In this document: positions 24,026 to 37,195 of the stretch, piece after piece
How positions within the stretch are numbered: the stretch's first letter is position 1
How the letters are laid out: every line of letters starts with the position of its first letter
Assembly (NCBI GenBank): GCA_965153285.1
Contig: OZ229119.1
Reading direction: 5' to 3' (one strand)
DNA from: Podarcis tiliguerta
Lineage: Eukaryota
DNA: 64,000 nucleotides
The notes under the pieces: model-generated
Databases searched by the model: none
The model's input: only the letters and a program-made list of their open reading frames with translations
What the model was told of the DNA's origin: nothing
Translations under genes and position numbers: made by a program

Positions 24026-25519
24026 ATGAATAAGCTTTACAAAGACATTTCGGTAAAGTCATAGGTGTACAGATGTTAGAAATGCAAACATAAAAACATT
24101 AATGCTACCAAACCTTTTTTTAAAAATTTGTTTTTCTTAAAGATTTTCTTAGGTCCTAGTCTGTTCTGCCAAACAAAGGTTCCATGTTAAGATACAAGAA
24201 CACACACCCTTTTCTGCTCAACGGCCACATTCTCTTGAGCAAACTACCTAGGGGTCACATGCCAGTGGTGGCCAGGGCCAACCCACACTTTATCACATTC
24301 ACCCATTCATGCTCATACTTTCTTGTAACCAGTGTGGATGGTACAAGATCAATGTAATGTGACCTGACTGACTAGCTCCACTCAAAATGCCAGCAGCTGC
24401 ACTTCAAACCAATTGAAATTACTTGCTGTCACTATCTCTTGTTAGCTCTCCACAATTTAGCTTTTTTACTTTTCAAAGTAGGGATGTCTGTGGCTAGTCT
24501 TTTTCACAGAAACTTGGGTGGTGTGAACTGTTCTACCTTTCCTGGTTCTGTTGCAGCTATGCACCTCCCATCAGAAGTGCATTAGCCCAAAGAGCAATAA
24601 ATGTGACTTAGTCTGACCAAATGTAAGGGGAAATCTGAGTTATAACAGCTTAACCACAAAATATGCAAGAGAGTATACATTCCAAGCCCAATGTTAGCTT
24701 TGAAATTAAAATGTGATTACTATTGCTGAGTCGTCTGGAAAAGGGCTAAGATGAAATTACTCACACATTTGTGATTTTATTTTTGCATATATTTAAAAGG
24801 AGGCTTTAAAAAACATTTTTTCAACTCTCTTGAACTTTTCACTCATTTTCATTCATGCTTTGAAAAGTGTGGTGATTTAATCCAACTGGCTGTGTTGACC
24901 CAAGTAATGTTATTTACTGAAGGACAACGTCATCAACAGTTTGTGACATAGCATACTATTGTCCTATTTACAGCACATTATCAGATGTGTTCACCTGTCT
25001 TGTGTGACCTTGTTTGAGGAAGTAATATAAGATGGAGAGATTTTATTTAATTTTTTAAATAAGTACTGTGGGGTATGGGTAAGGCACTGAACAGCACAGG
25101 AAAGTTGAAGTTTGGTTTACAGATGAAGGTTTCATATATAAATCAGTAAATTATACCAAACTTTTGAAAATTCATCTCATCTCTGACTTGCACTTTGGTC
25201 CTTTAGCTAACATCCTAGTAACAAGCAATTCAAAGATAGCTGCAATGTGTTGTCTCCAGATATTGTTGGACTACAACTCTCATCATTCCTGATCATTGGC
25301 TAAGGCTGTTGGTGGCTGATTCCATCATCATCTGGCTGGCATCCCATTGCCTAACCCACCTCTAGCTACACTCCCCTAAGGGAATTGCCAACATGTCTCT
25401 TCTCAAGAAAAGAAAAGAGAAAAGAAAAAAAGGAACTTTGACTGTAGATTCCAAATGATGACATATAAATATTTTAAATACATAAAAATAAATAAGACAT
25501 ATTTCTAGGAAAAATCATA

Positions 25520-25912
25520 GCTGTTTCCTAATTCTGCTGGATCTCTGAGGCTTTTGATACAATCGATCATAACATCCTTCTGGACCATCTAGAGGAGCTG
25601 GGAGCTGGGGGCCGTGTTATACAGTGGTTCCGCTCCTTCCTCCTGGGCCGTATCCAGAAAGTTGTGGTGGAGGATGAGTGTTGAGACCCCTGGGCCCTGA
25701 CTTGTTGAGTGCCTCAGGGTTCCATCCTCTTACCCATGCTTTTTAACATCTACATGAAGCCGCTGGGAGAGATCATTAGGGGGTTTGGGCTGGGTGTCCA
25801 TCAATATGCGGATGATACCCAGCTCTACCTTTCTTTTAAATCGGAACCAGTGAAGGCAGTGAAGGTCCTGTGTGAGTGCCTGGAGGCAGTTGGAGGATGA
25901 ATGGCGGCTAGA
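25520..25912 (+). mobile_element. L2-clade LINE reverse transcriptase fragment (pseudogene)
   Basis: Translates to LILLDL..AFDTIDH...[16 protein letters not shown]...[10 protein letters not shown] with in-frame stops. Confidence 0.9.
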
Positions 25913-26402
25913 CAGAAGGTGAAACAACAGTTGAGCTAACAATTCTGAAAACCCATCCACACAAAAGTTTATGACTGCATTAGTTGGTGAGGTTCTTGAA
26001 CATGTTATGTCAAAGATATGAGCAAAGATATTCACAAAAATAATTTGGATGGACAGGTCCAAATACATTAGCTGTAAATGTCCCTGCAGTACCACTGAGA
26101 CTTGCTCATAGCTCCACCTGTTGGAGAAGCAACTACTCTGTCTTAAGAGCAGGGGCGTGCAACTGCAACATAAGGATGTGACCCTCTGATTTGATTTTGT
26201 GGGGTGCTTAGCCTAGTTTCATGTAGGTGGCAAGGAGGGGGAAATAGGGGGAAGGGTGGCAGAAAAAGTGGGAGAATGGGGTGTTTCATACACTCTGGCC
26301 TACCCACTTTTGGTTCTGGCCTCTCTGGCTTGTGGATCACTGGCTAGCTGCAAGCAGTTGGGGATAAAATCACCTAGCTCTGTGGGCTCAGTGTTATGAG
26401 AT

Positions 26403-26600
26403 TATTTCCAGTTGATGTAGTCTGATGATGTGGGCAGAATAATTGCAGTCATTTGATCACATGCACCCTGGACCTGTTGGTTTAAGATAGTTTGAGTGGG
26501 GTGGCCATGTGGGTTCTGAGTGTAATGAATGCATTGTTGCATGATAATATGGTGCCCACTTCCCTTAAAGAGGCTGTGGTGCATCTGCTCTTAAAAGCTC
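26403..26600 (+). mobile_element. L2 ORF2 fragment
   Basis: VMNALLHDNMVPTSLKEAVVHLLLK matches the pre-RT motif of L2 ORF2. Confidence 0.75.
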
Positions 26601-27334
26601 CAGTACTATTTGTTTTGGCATACTGTTCACCTACCACACATACACATGGGCAGACGCAAACACATGCATCTTTCTTAACTGATCCCAATTTAAAAAACCC
26701 CACAGAAACTTATATTTTGATTGCAATTTAATGTTAATTTAATTGCTTAAAAGCACACTGGTTTTTAGTTTCCCTTTTTAAGATTTGGATAGCATTTTAA
26801 AAAGTTCTGCTGTTGCTTTCCCAAAGTCATTTGGTATTTCATATGCCTGCGTCTGTGAAGTATTTCTATCTAGGGTGAATAGGGCAAACCAGCTAAATTG
26901 ATTCAGAGGTCAAAGGTTAATCTAGGGTTAACATTCTTTCATAATTGCATTCCACTTTCAACCGCCCCAAACAAAACCCTGAGCACACCCCAATTTAGCA
27001 TATATATGTTTAATAAAAATGGACAGCCTGAGAGCCTCTTAGACCAAGAAATGTATGTTCACATCAGGTTCGCTATTCCCCCCCCCCTCCCTAAATGACA
27101 AAAACCAGATGACTCTCTGCATTGTAAGTACATACTAGCCCTATTTGGTCCTTCATCCCCCCCCCTCCCCTTGTGATAACTTCCACATGAGAGAGAGAAA
27201 GTAGGGGCAGGTTAGCAAGCACTACCAATTCCAGCCCATCACATACCTCACCTTTGCAACCCTCCACAAATTGTAGAGTGCCTTTCAGAAGTGAAGACCC
27301 TTCGCCACTCATGAAGAGACAAGAGAACAAAATT

Positions 27335-27490
27335 TGGCAATCATGTCTTTCACCAGAGAATCCTGAGAACTGTAGCTGGGTGAAGATTTTGAAAGTTCAC
27401 TTCAAGATTACTCAAAGAGCTACAGTTCCCAGAATTCCCTGGGGAAGGGAAATTACTATTAAACTAATTTAAATCTATGTTGCAGATATG
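27335..27490. mobile_element. Short non-autonomous repeat; related copies at ~40400-40570 and ~43640-43770
   Basis: Shared CTACAG(T/C)TCCCAGAATTC and GAACTGTAG blocks. Confidence 0.55.
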
Positions 27491-27741
27491 TGCTGGAAAC
27501 AACAATAAAAAGAAAGCAACTGTCTGCTAAGGAAATGATCAGTAGCTGGGGATGTACTAAAAAGTTCAAAGTCTAACATCTTTGGCCTCTTCAGTACATT
27601 GCCTGCTCAGAGATTATTGTGTTGACAATAAAGAAAAGCAGCAGGTAAATGGAGACTCCTTTCTGTTTGGGAACCTTATCTCATTTGAGAGCCCTTCATT
27701 TCTGAATTAGCAGTGGGCATTACATACCTGAAGCTCTTATG

Positions 27742-27880
27742 CAGCCTTTCCCAACCTGATGTACTTCAGTTATTTGTTAGACTACAACTCCCATCATCCC
27801 TGACCATTGGCCATGCTGACTGGGGTTGATGGGTCTTGTAGTCCAACAGCATCTGATGAACACCAGGTTGGGGAAGGCTG
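27742..27880. mobile_element. Palindromic hAT MITE
   Basis: TIRs CAGCCTTTCCCAACCTG / CAGGTTGGGGAAGGCTG. TSD CTCTTATG / CTCTAATG (7/8). Confidence 0.85.
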
Positions 27881-30800
27881 CTCTAATGTCGAGAAGGTTG
27901 CTTATAAAATGCATGGGGTGGGGTGCATCCAGTCTGCTAAGGCCTTCCTTTCCCCTCTTAACTTCGATGCCCAAGCATTCATTGTGGACCCCATCAACGT
28001 TACAGGTGAAGCATTGCCTGCCTCTAATCTATGGTGCTAATTAATTCATTTAATGATTTATAATAAAAGCAATAATGACTGTTCAATCCATTACTGCCAT
28101 TATTATATATTAATGCACATTAAATTAATGAATGAAATAATATACATTCCATTACTTAAGTAAATATATATTTGTTGTATAACAAAAGGTTCATTATGCT
28201 TTTCCATATAACTGTGGCTGATTGACTTGAAACAAGCAGAATATATCTCTGCTCAAATTGTTTTGATAAAAGATGGTTAAGCTTTAAAATTTCCTCCAGT
28301 ATTTTCCCTCTGAAACATCCAAAATCCCCTCTGGGGATTATAGTTTTTATTATTTCCCCATACATCATTTTTATAATCATTCCTATTGCTGATTGTATAT
28401 GCCTGTATATGCCTCGGCACATTTTGCAGCTTTCACTACACCGTAGGCAAAATTCTTCTTTTATTGCTGCTATTTTTTTTCTGTTTTATGTGCCAGAAAT
28501 ATCCACCTGGAAAAGATAATGAATACTGAATATGATCATACTACTTGCACAGATTAAAATTGCATTAGGCAAAGAGAAATGTCTCAGCTAAGCAGGTTTG
28601 AGCTAATTTAGACAAAATGTGGATTTCTTGCCCCCTGAGCCTATGTTAGATTTCCAAATTGTTCATTTTAACAAAAGGAAGTTCCTAGTGCTCATTGTTG
28701 TGGAAGAAAAGCCTAAAATATGCAGAGAACATGTCAAAAGTTATGAAATGATAAGAGCCCTTATAATCAACCATCACTAGAGCTGCTTTCTATGCTTTGG
28801 AGGGGGGACGTATGCAGTGGGGAGCCTGCTGTACTTGTGTGGCCCCCATGCATGGTTTAGCATTCTTACCCTGTTGGGCTCTAACTCACATGGGGAATGT
28901 TCATGAGCTGGCCATTTAAAAATGAATTTTAACTGAGTACTTGTGGTTCACCCACATTGTAGTTCCAAAGCGCACCTCAGACACATCCCACTTTGCCTTG
29001 GCCAAGCCCGGAATCCCTCACTTTCATCAAATTTGGGATCCACCTGAATCTACTACACATCCCTAGTATTAACAAAAAAAGTGATATAGTTTAGTAAACA
29101 CTGTTGATATACTTAGAATACAGCTACTAACAATGTTTGAAACAAGGCTCGTGATTTCATTTCAAATGCTTTTTTTAATATACAAAAAATGTATGTTTAC
29201 ATTTATTACAATGTATTTCATATTTGCAATATCTTGAAATGCCTTATTTTTTCACTTTCATAGTTTGTCTATTTTTTTATATACCACATTTCCCACAAGC
29301 ACATCTGTGCTCAAGGTGCAGCCTAAATACAGTAGTACAGCAAGTAACCATGATACCTAATAAAAGTTACAGTATCACTGCAATGCAACCCTAAAAAAAT
29401 CAACAATTAAAAGTTCACTGGAAATATATAAAAATAAAGCTCAGGTAACAATATCCAATAACTTCATATCCAAAAGTGGCCCCAAAACTGATATTGGCAC
29501 CTTGAAACCCACCCACCAATCTTTAATACCTCAGTTCTAGAGGCCATTTTCATTAGAATTCTCTGACATCCCTATTTACAGGTTGGGGGGGATTAAACAG
29601 GCCACTAACATGTTCATTAGGCAAGTGTAGATGTACAATTAAGAACCCCAGTTTCAGAGTCAAACCCTGGAATTTTACAATCAAACACTGAAAATCAATA
29701 GAAGCATAGTATTGGAACGGTTCTAAACAGTATGTGACTTGTACATACAACTTAAGCTCTACACTTTCTTACTTTAAGGAATGGTTAGGATCACTTCCCA
29801 ATGTGCCACTCTTCCATTTTCCCTACTCCAGTCACTCCCAGCACTGCAAAATTAAGAGGAAACATCCCTGTTCTAATTCTAAGAGTTAACCAAAATACTG
29901 ATGCACAAAAAGCTTTTCAGTTCAAAAGTGATTTCAGAATTTCCAGCTTGTCTGCCAGGAAGACAGCATTGTATTGCAATTTGCAAATCCTGGACAAGTC
30001 CCCTAAACTGAGAAAAAGGTCAAGCTTCCATAAAGGACATGCCTTTTCCATTACTCAAGTGAGGTTTCAGTGACAGATATAATTCCCAACTTTGTATCTT
30101 TATTCCCAGAAATGGATTCTCCACATATCTATATTTCCGGCTGAGCAGGCTGTTGTTTCAGCTACTCTACCTTTACCCCTCAGTTATCTTCTCTGCCTTA
30201 AGTGTTAGTGCTGCTGACAGTGACATTAATTTTTCTGGATTTCAGAAAGTCAATCTTTGCTTATTTATTGAACTCTGACTCTCTTCAAGGATCTCGCCAA
30301 ACATCTTGATTTCTTCTATACTTTTGCAGTGCTTGATTCTTTTTAAAACTTCAGTTTAGCTCACTTAACTACTCACATTGTCAGGCCTAGTTCCTTTGGG
30401 ATCCATAACTATTTCTCTATTTGGCTTTCCAAACACAGGAAAGTTCAGATTATTTTCTGGTCATCAAATGGACCAAATTTCACCTCATTCAGCCATCCTT
30501 AATATCTCATTCTTATTTTAAAGGTCTACCTTAGGTTAGATGTCTAAATATTACTTATAAAACAGCTTGGGATAGAGACAGGAGCAGCTATTGTGGCACT
30601 GGCAGTGCAGATTCGGCCTTTGGGGAGCTGCACCACTACCATTTACCAGAACAGTGCCATGAAACCAATCAGGTGCACTTGTTCTACCCAAACCTTGCCA
30701 TTGCCCTTCCTCAGCCCCACACATTCCTGGTAAGCATCCACTGCCAGAATACCAGCTCTGCAACTGTGCCATGCCATTTTGGCTGCTCCTGGATAGAAAT

Positions 30801-31440
30801 CTGAATGTTCAAGTGTCTGGGAAGAAATGGTCTATGTAGCAACATTAAAAACTCTTCAGTCTCTTCTGTTCCATAAGATTGTTTTCTGAGATATGAGCTT
30901 TGGTAGATAAAATGAAATATCGGAGGCAAATTGGTTTATGAGCTGGGAAAGCACTGCAATTAGTGAAGGTTTTTATGTCTTTAGTGGAGTTGTAATACAA
31001 TACAAAGATACTGGAAACAAGTTCTGAAGGTAAATGATCAAGGACCAGGGGGCCACACTTATTTTGGATTATAAAATTGTTTTGCTTAATAGCTTGGATA
31101 ATTCTCTACACATTTCTGTAAGACCTTTGGCTCTGAATCTGTCTGTAGTGGCCAAAAAAAAAAAAAGGTTCTATCCTGTAAAGCTCCAAAAATGTAATCA
31201 AAGCCCTAGAAATTAGAGAAATTGATGTCTGATACTGTTCAAAAGAGAAATGCTTCAATATTATTAGGAGTTAAGTGAGCATCTTTACTGTAATGTCCTT
31301 GTTCATTTCATTCTATAGGACTAAAATTTGTTTCTGTAGAAACCTTGTTTTTTTATTTATTTATATTATTTGACACCTATTTTCCCTGCATTCAAACAGA
31401 TATATGCGTGCACATGTATACAAAAGCAAACAGACACGTA

Positions 31441-31983
31441 CCGTATTTTTCGCTCCATAAGGCGCACCGGACCATAAGGCGCACCTAGTTTATAGAGGGG
31501 GAAATCAAGGGGGGAAATCTTATTCCCTCCCCCAGCCCCAAAGAGCAAAGAAGCCAAGACAGCGAGCAGGATCCTTCCTGCTCGCTGTCTTGGCTTCTTT
31601 AGCCGCACGCAACCTCTCCAGCCAGGAGAGGCTGTGCACAGCTAAAGAAGCCATAGCCGCGTGCAGCCTCTCCCGGCTGAAGGGGCTGCACGCAGCTATG
31701 GCAATACCCCCACCTCCCGCAAAAGCCCACAGGAACCATGCACCCTTTAAGGAGTGCATGGCTCCTGCGGGCTTTTCTACGAGGAGGGAGAAGGGACTGA
31801 CTGGCCGCGTCAGTCCCTTCTCCCTCCTGGGGAAAAGCCTGCAAGAGCCGCGCGGAGCTTGTGTGCGGCTCTTGGGGGCTTTTCCTGTCTGCCTCCCCCC
31901 TGCATTCACTCCATAAGACGCACACACATTTCCCCTTACTTTTTAGGAGGGAAAAAGTGTGTCTTATGGAGCGAAAAATACGG
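31441..31983. mobile_element. Tc1/mariner (Tc2-like) MITE with internal hairpin array
   Basis: Perfect TIRs CCGTATTTTTCGCTCCATAAG / CTTATGGAGCGAAAAATACGG with TA on both sides. CpG-rich, so probably young. Confidence 0.9.
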
Positions 31984-32371
31984 TATTTTTGACAAAGATG
32001 GAGATAAGCTGGCAATGGGAAATGTTGATGGCTTACCAAAGGGGTCCTTGCAGCACAATCCTGTACATATCTGTTTTCAATAAGGCTTACTCTCAAAGTG
32101 TGGATATTACTGCAGCCTTAAAGACGGAGAGCCCTTAATGTCCTAGTTCAGCTTTATCAGGCAGACTTTTATTATGGAGGGGGAAACAGTAAGGCACAGA
32201 TGTTTTCAATACATTTTTAAAGAATTAATATATGGAATTAGACAAAGTATATAGCTTAATATCTTTTCACAAAAGCACTGTTTCTTGGGATTGAGTTCTA
32301 GAGTGACAGGCAAATGAAGTGAACTGTGAAGTTCTAAATGGCAGCAAAAAGCAGTTGGCTGCTAACTTTGG

Positions 32372-32580
32372 AGATTCAACTCATCATTCGGAAAAACTTT
32401 GACAGTAAGAGCAGTTCAGCAGTGGAACAGATTCCCATTAGAGGTGGTAGACTCTCCTTCCTTGGGAGTTTTTAAAGCAATGGTTGGATGGCCACCTGTC
32501 ACGGATGCTTTAACTAAGATGTCTGCATTACAGGGGGTTGGACTAGATGACAGTTGGGTGCACTCCAACTCTGATTCTTT
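32372..32580 (+). mobile_element. CR1 LINE 3' fragment
   Basis: TVRAVQQWNRFPLEVVDSPSLGVFK, the CR1 ORF2 C-terminus, followed by the 3' UTR tail. Confidence 0.9.
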
Positions 32581-32984
32581 CAGTATTTGCTCCAAACAGG
32601 CTTATGAGAGAACTTCAGGTGATGAATGCAATTTTGTGTAATTTTATTAGGCGCTTAGAAGTAGAACACCAAAGAGTTGAAAGCATGTTATATCAGCTTT
32701 GTCAAAGTATTGTTATTATTTTAAAGCATCATGCCTGGTCTGTATCATTCTCCATCCTCCTTGTGTTCTTGTAACACAGACAAGTAAAGATATTTCCAGG
32801 AAATCTTAGCTGAGAAGGCTTTTGCGAAACAGTCTGTCTCTTCTAGTTGATGCTCTACAAGCAAAAAGTAAGTGATATCAACAAGGACAGATGATGGAAA
32901 TAATCCAGAAGAACGTTAGACACACCTAAGTCCCACTGAAATGAAGTGTTAAGTCCCTTTGACATATTGATTTCAGTTTGACTT

Positions 32985-33365
32985 GACTTCCTCTCTTTTA
33001 AATAGGAACTAGTGAAGGCAATGAAGGCCCTGAGTGAGTGTCTGCAGGTGGTTGGAAGATGGATAGCAGCTAACAGACTGAGGTTAAATTCTGACAAGGC
33101 AGAAGTACTGTTTTGTACTGGGTGGGTGTAGGGGACTCCCTGGTCTTGAACGAGGTAAATATGCCTCTGAAAACCCAGGTGTGAGTCCAAAATGACTCGC
33201 AGGCTCCACAGCTGCCCATGGGTCAGTTCTGTGTCCAGGGCAGCTGTCTACCAGCTCCACCTGGTACGCAGGCTGAGACCCTACCTGCCTGCGGAATGTC
33301 TCGCCAGAGTGATGCATGCTCTAGTTATCTCCTACTTGGACTACTGCAATGCACTCTACGTGGGA
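32985..33365 (+). mobile_element. L2 ORF2 fragment
   Basis: WIAANRLRLNSDKAEVL and AVYQLHLVRRLRPYL...HALVISYLDYCNALYVG. Confidence 0.9.
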
Positions 33366-35233
33366 GTTAGACTACTGCAAGAGCGGAGTTGCATGAAGGA
33401 GATGCCATAGTCTTAAAAATGACACACAAATATGTACAACACATTTATTAAAATAAATACCAGATACTAGTAAAAATTCTTTTCATATGTGTGTGTGCAG
33501 GGAAGGGGGCAACAGGATTCTAACATGTGAATGTACAAATGGTGTGTGTGTGGGATCTTTGTGCTTGATTGAGAACCCTTCCAAAGTCAGGGTCCCTGAT
33601 TATGCAAGCATTTGTACACTTGTGGGCTCTGCTCAGACCTGGAGGGCAAAGGCAGATTCAAAAGATGCAATCTCCCTCCATATGTGGGGTTGTTGTATGA
33701 ACAATATTGATTGGATGCGATCAAATTGCTGTCACTTGACCAAGACTATAGATTTGACCAGATTTAGTTGTTTGCGTACAGTAATTCACCATGAGTTGGT
33801 TTGAGTCTGGCACACCCTATGCCTTTTGGCAACAGTGGAAGTGGAACACATTAACAAATATGGGATTATGCTTTATCTTTATTTTGCATTTAGTTCTTAG
33901 TTTGAGTAAGGAATTGGAACACACCTGGCTTGGTTTTCATCATGTTCTGTTATCTCTTACTCGGTCTCTCTTTTTTTCTTTTGTGTCATAATGTAAGACT
34001 ATTTCTCCTCTCCCGACACATCAGCTATAATGGACCATTGTCTGCAATTGACAAACTCCAGCCTATGAAAACTTATGCTGCAATAAATTAGTTGATGTTT
34101 TAAGAGCTTTATCTTTTATTGTTCTGTGACATCATGGCTGTTCAGCCAATGCCTAACACTTGAAGACTACAGCTGATTTTAGGCTACATCTGAAAGCAAA
34201 ACATTTGCAAGGGTTTGTGTTTTTTTAAAAAAATAAAAAATAAAATAAATAGGCTCCACAGGAAAATGAGGTTTTCTCATATATTTGCCATGGATGCAAC
34301 AATATTTGTAATTCTATGGGGAAATTCACCATGGAGCAAATCCCTGCAAACTTACACCCCTTTACATAAATATATCCAATGTCAAATCTGCCAATTTGCC
34401 ACCTGTTCATATGTATTTCTGATTTTCAACTGAAAACTTCCATACTTATGGAAGTTAATAATTTACATAATTTTATCAAAAGGAGTATTACTGATCTTGT
34501 ACATGGGTTCATTGATTTTTGTCAGTATTATTATTAGTTCATCTTCCCAGCATCATGGCTTCTATTCCTGCACCAATTATGTTTATTCAGCAAACAACTA
34601 TTTGACAGAATTTGATAGTTACCAACTTTAGCTCTTCATTTCTTCTCCAAGAAGGAGTGCTGATGCCCAAAGGAACTATTTGGAATGGATTTCTCCTCCT
34701 TGCAGGAATGGAACAATCTTAAGTTTTATATTATTTTACATGACCACCTTCTGCCAATTCCTTTTCCAACTGCACTACAATAGATGGAAGGAGATCCTAT
34801 TTTCCTTCTCTCAACTAAAACAAGCCTCTTACATACCAGTGTTGAGATGCTCAGATTTCTACAAGTTAGTTTCCAGATACACATCCACCTAAGTTAAGCT
34901 TTCAAATGGTACCTTTGATTACAATACAATACAATGATAAGATTAATTAGATTTTGTTTAGCATCATGAGATGGAACTTTCCACCTTCATACCAGCAGCT
35001 TGTCACTAAGGATAGAGAAATCCGATTCCATTTGCATTAAAAGGCAAACTTTCCACTTCACACTTTCTAAAACAATACATGAACGGAAACACACGTCTCT
35101 GAATTTTGAAATGCAGTTCTTCATTATCATTCTTTATTATCTTCTGGACTGTATATTTTCATGCTTCCTAATAAATTTAAACCACATTCAGGCCCATACC
35201 TTCTTTCAGTCCAAAGTTACTTGTTTGCCAGTA

Positions 35234-35494
35234 CAGTGGTACCTCGGGTTAAGTACTTAATTTGTTCCGGAGGTCCGTTCTTAACCTGAAACTGTTCTTA
35301 ACCTGAAGCACTACTTTAGCTAATGGGGCCTCCTGCTGCTGCTGCCACGCCGTCAGAGCACGATTTCTGTTCTCATCCTGAAGCAAAGTTCTTAACCTGA
35401 AGTGCTATTTCTGGGTTAACGGAGTCTGTAACCTGAAGCGTATGTAACCTGAAGCGTATGTAACCTGAAGCGTATGTAACCCAAGGTACCACTG
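35234..35494. mobile_element. Tigger/pogo-like MITE
   Basis: TIRs CAGTGGTACCTCGGGTTA / TAACCCAAGGTACCACTG and TA duplication. Internal 16-bp GTAACCTGAAGCGTAT x3. Confidence 0.9.
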
Positions 35495-36830
35495 TATTAG
35501 AAGAACCCTTGGGGAATATATGTTGGGCAAAATTCCCTGGAAAATTGTGTATATTACGATAAATTCACACAAAAATGCTGGTGAATTTTCAGGTGGAGGA
35601 CTAAATTTAAGATTGGGAAAGTAAGAAACTTGTCACCAACTAGGGGTGGTCCCTCTCTGATGGTGGATCAGCATGTCCACCAATTTCATGGGCCCAAGGA
35701 AGCAACAGGATTACTCTCATGATGTAGCAAAGATAGTTAAAAACATAGTCATTAGGGAAAATCTTTCTTACCTTTGCTTTGTTCAAAGGATGAACGTGTC
35801 GCTCTTAACCAATTCAGTTGCTTTAGGAATAAGGTGGGGCATGATCTAGCCAAAACTAAGCACTTTGAAGTTCTGTTGATGAAACATGTACTTAAAGCTC
35901 TGCCACTGAAATTAATAAGACTTCAAAGTGTATTTGCATGCCATATATACCTGAAACAAAGAGTTGGAAAATTTCAGAAGAAATGGGGGAATGAATATCT
36001 TACGAAAACAAAAGGACACCCCCCATGGGTAGATTTTTTATATTGTTTTGTTTGTGTAGGAGCAAGCTGGAGTAATAAATCAAGTAAAATTGAGTATTAA
36101 GATATTCATGTTGGCTCAGTTTAAACCACTGGAAATGTGATCATACATTTGAGCAGTGATAGCAAATAGGCTTGTACATGTTTTTTCCTTCTGCATGTTA
36201 GGACTTTGAATATTTGGCTAATGCTTTTATCATGGCTGAAGTTGAAAGAGACTAGGTATGTGTGTGAAAGCATAGAGGGGGTTTACAAAATGTTTCTACA
36301 GGCACATGAAGAGGAAATCCAACACTTTTAGTAGGAAATGTTATCTTAGGTAGGTTCAAACCATATAGTCTTGCCCAAGGCTAAATCTTGCAACGTTTCC
36401 ACTATGCCATTCAAATAGCTTTTTATAAATAGTTAAACCACTCTTTTAATACTAATCTGTTGCAATATTCGTTTCTTGAAGTGCTGAAAATACAACATCT
36501 TCCCCATATGAAAACACATGCTTAAGACTTTCAACCAAGGAGATCTTCTCACACAAAAAGCCCCTTTGAGCATCCTTTGTTCTATTTGTGTTGAAGTTTG
36601 GATTTTATGAATGCAGGATGGCAAGTCAGGCTTTTAGATATAGAGTGCAGTCACAACACACATTCACTTTACTTGCACAAATTCAATTATACATGCTTGG
36701 CTCAACTGGTGGCAGTGGCCTTCCCAGTGATGGTTGCAGCAGAGATCCTCTGCACAGGGCTGCCCTCACTTCCAGCAGGCAGTTTTTGGCTATGCATGAT
36801 TTTGTGTTTGTGTGTTGCCTCTGGAAAGTA

Positions 36831-37195
36831 CCATATTTTTCCATGTACAACACAAGACAACACCTATTTTTTGAAACTCCAAATTAAGAAATGGGGGAGA
36901 TTGCCCAGAGTTTTAAGCTTTTCTTGAGGGGGGATTGCTGAGAGTTGTTGAGTTTTTGCAGGGGGGATTGCGGAAAATCTCTCCCCTGCCTGACCAACAC
37001 TGCCTATCACAACAAATCATCTGCCAGCAGCAGTTGTCACAGCCACCAATCACCTGCCCAATCGCCACTGAGAATCTCCTGCTCACAGGTGCAACCATTC
37101 ACACATTCCCCCCTCTGAACATGTGCAAGACAACCCCCAATTTCTAACATTTTGTTATAATAGAAAAACATTGCCTAATACACAGAAAACTACGG
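36831..37195. mobile_element. Older Tc2-like MITE
   Basis: Ends TA-CCATATTTTTCCATGTA and TACACAGAAAACTACGG-TA. Confidence 0.65.

Noticed and set aside
29200-30540. Possible very old minus-strand LINE RT relic (AKIDFLKS and FLAD-like words)
   Set aside because: The motifs are too degenerate to support by eye; this needs a profile-HMM search.
31366-32096. Several overlapping 80-165-aa ORFs
   Set aside because: By-product of the GC-rich palindromic MITE interior; no transposase motifs.
35428-35481. Short regular repeats suggesting a CRISPR-like array
   Set aside because: Head-to-tail 16-bp repeats with no spacers, inside a Tigger-like MITE in a vertebrate genome.
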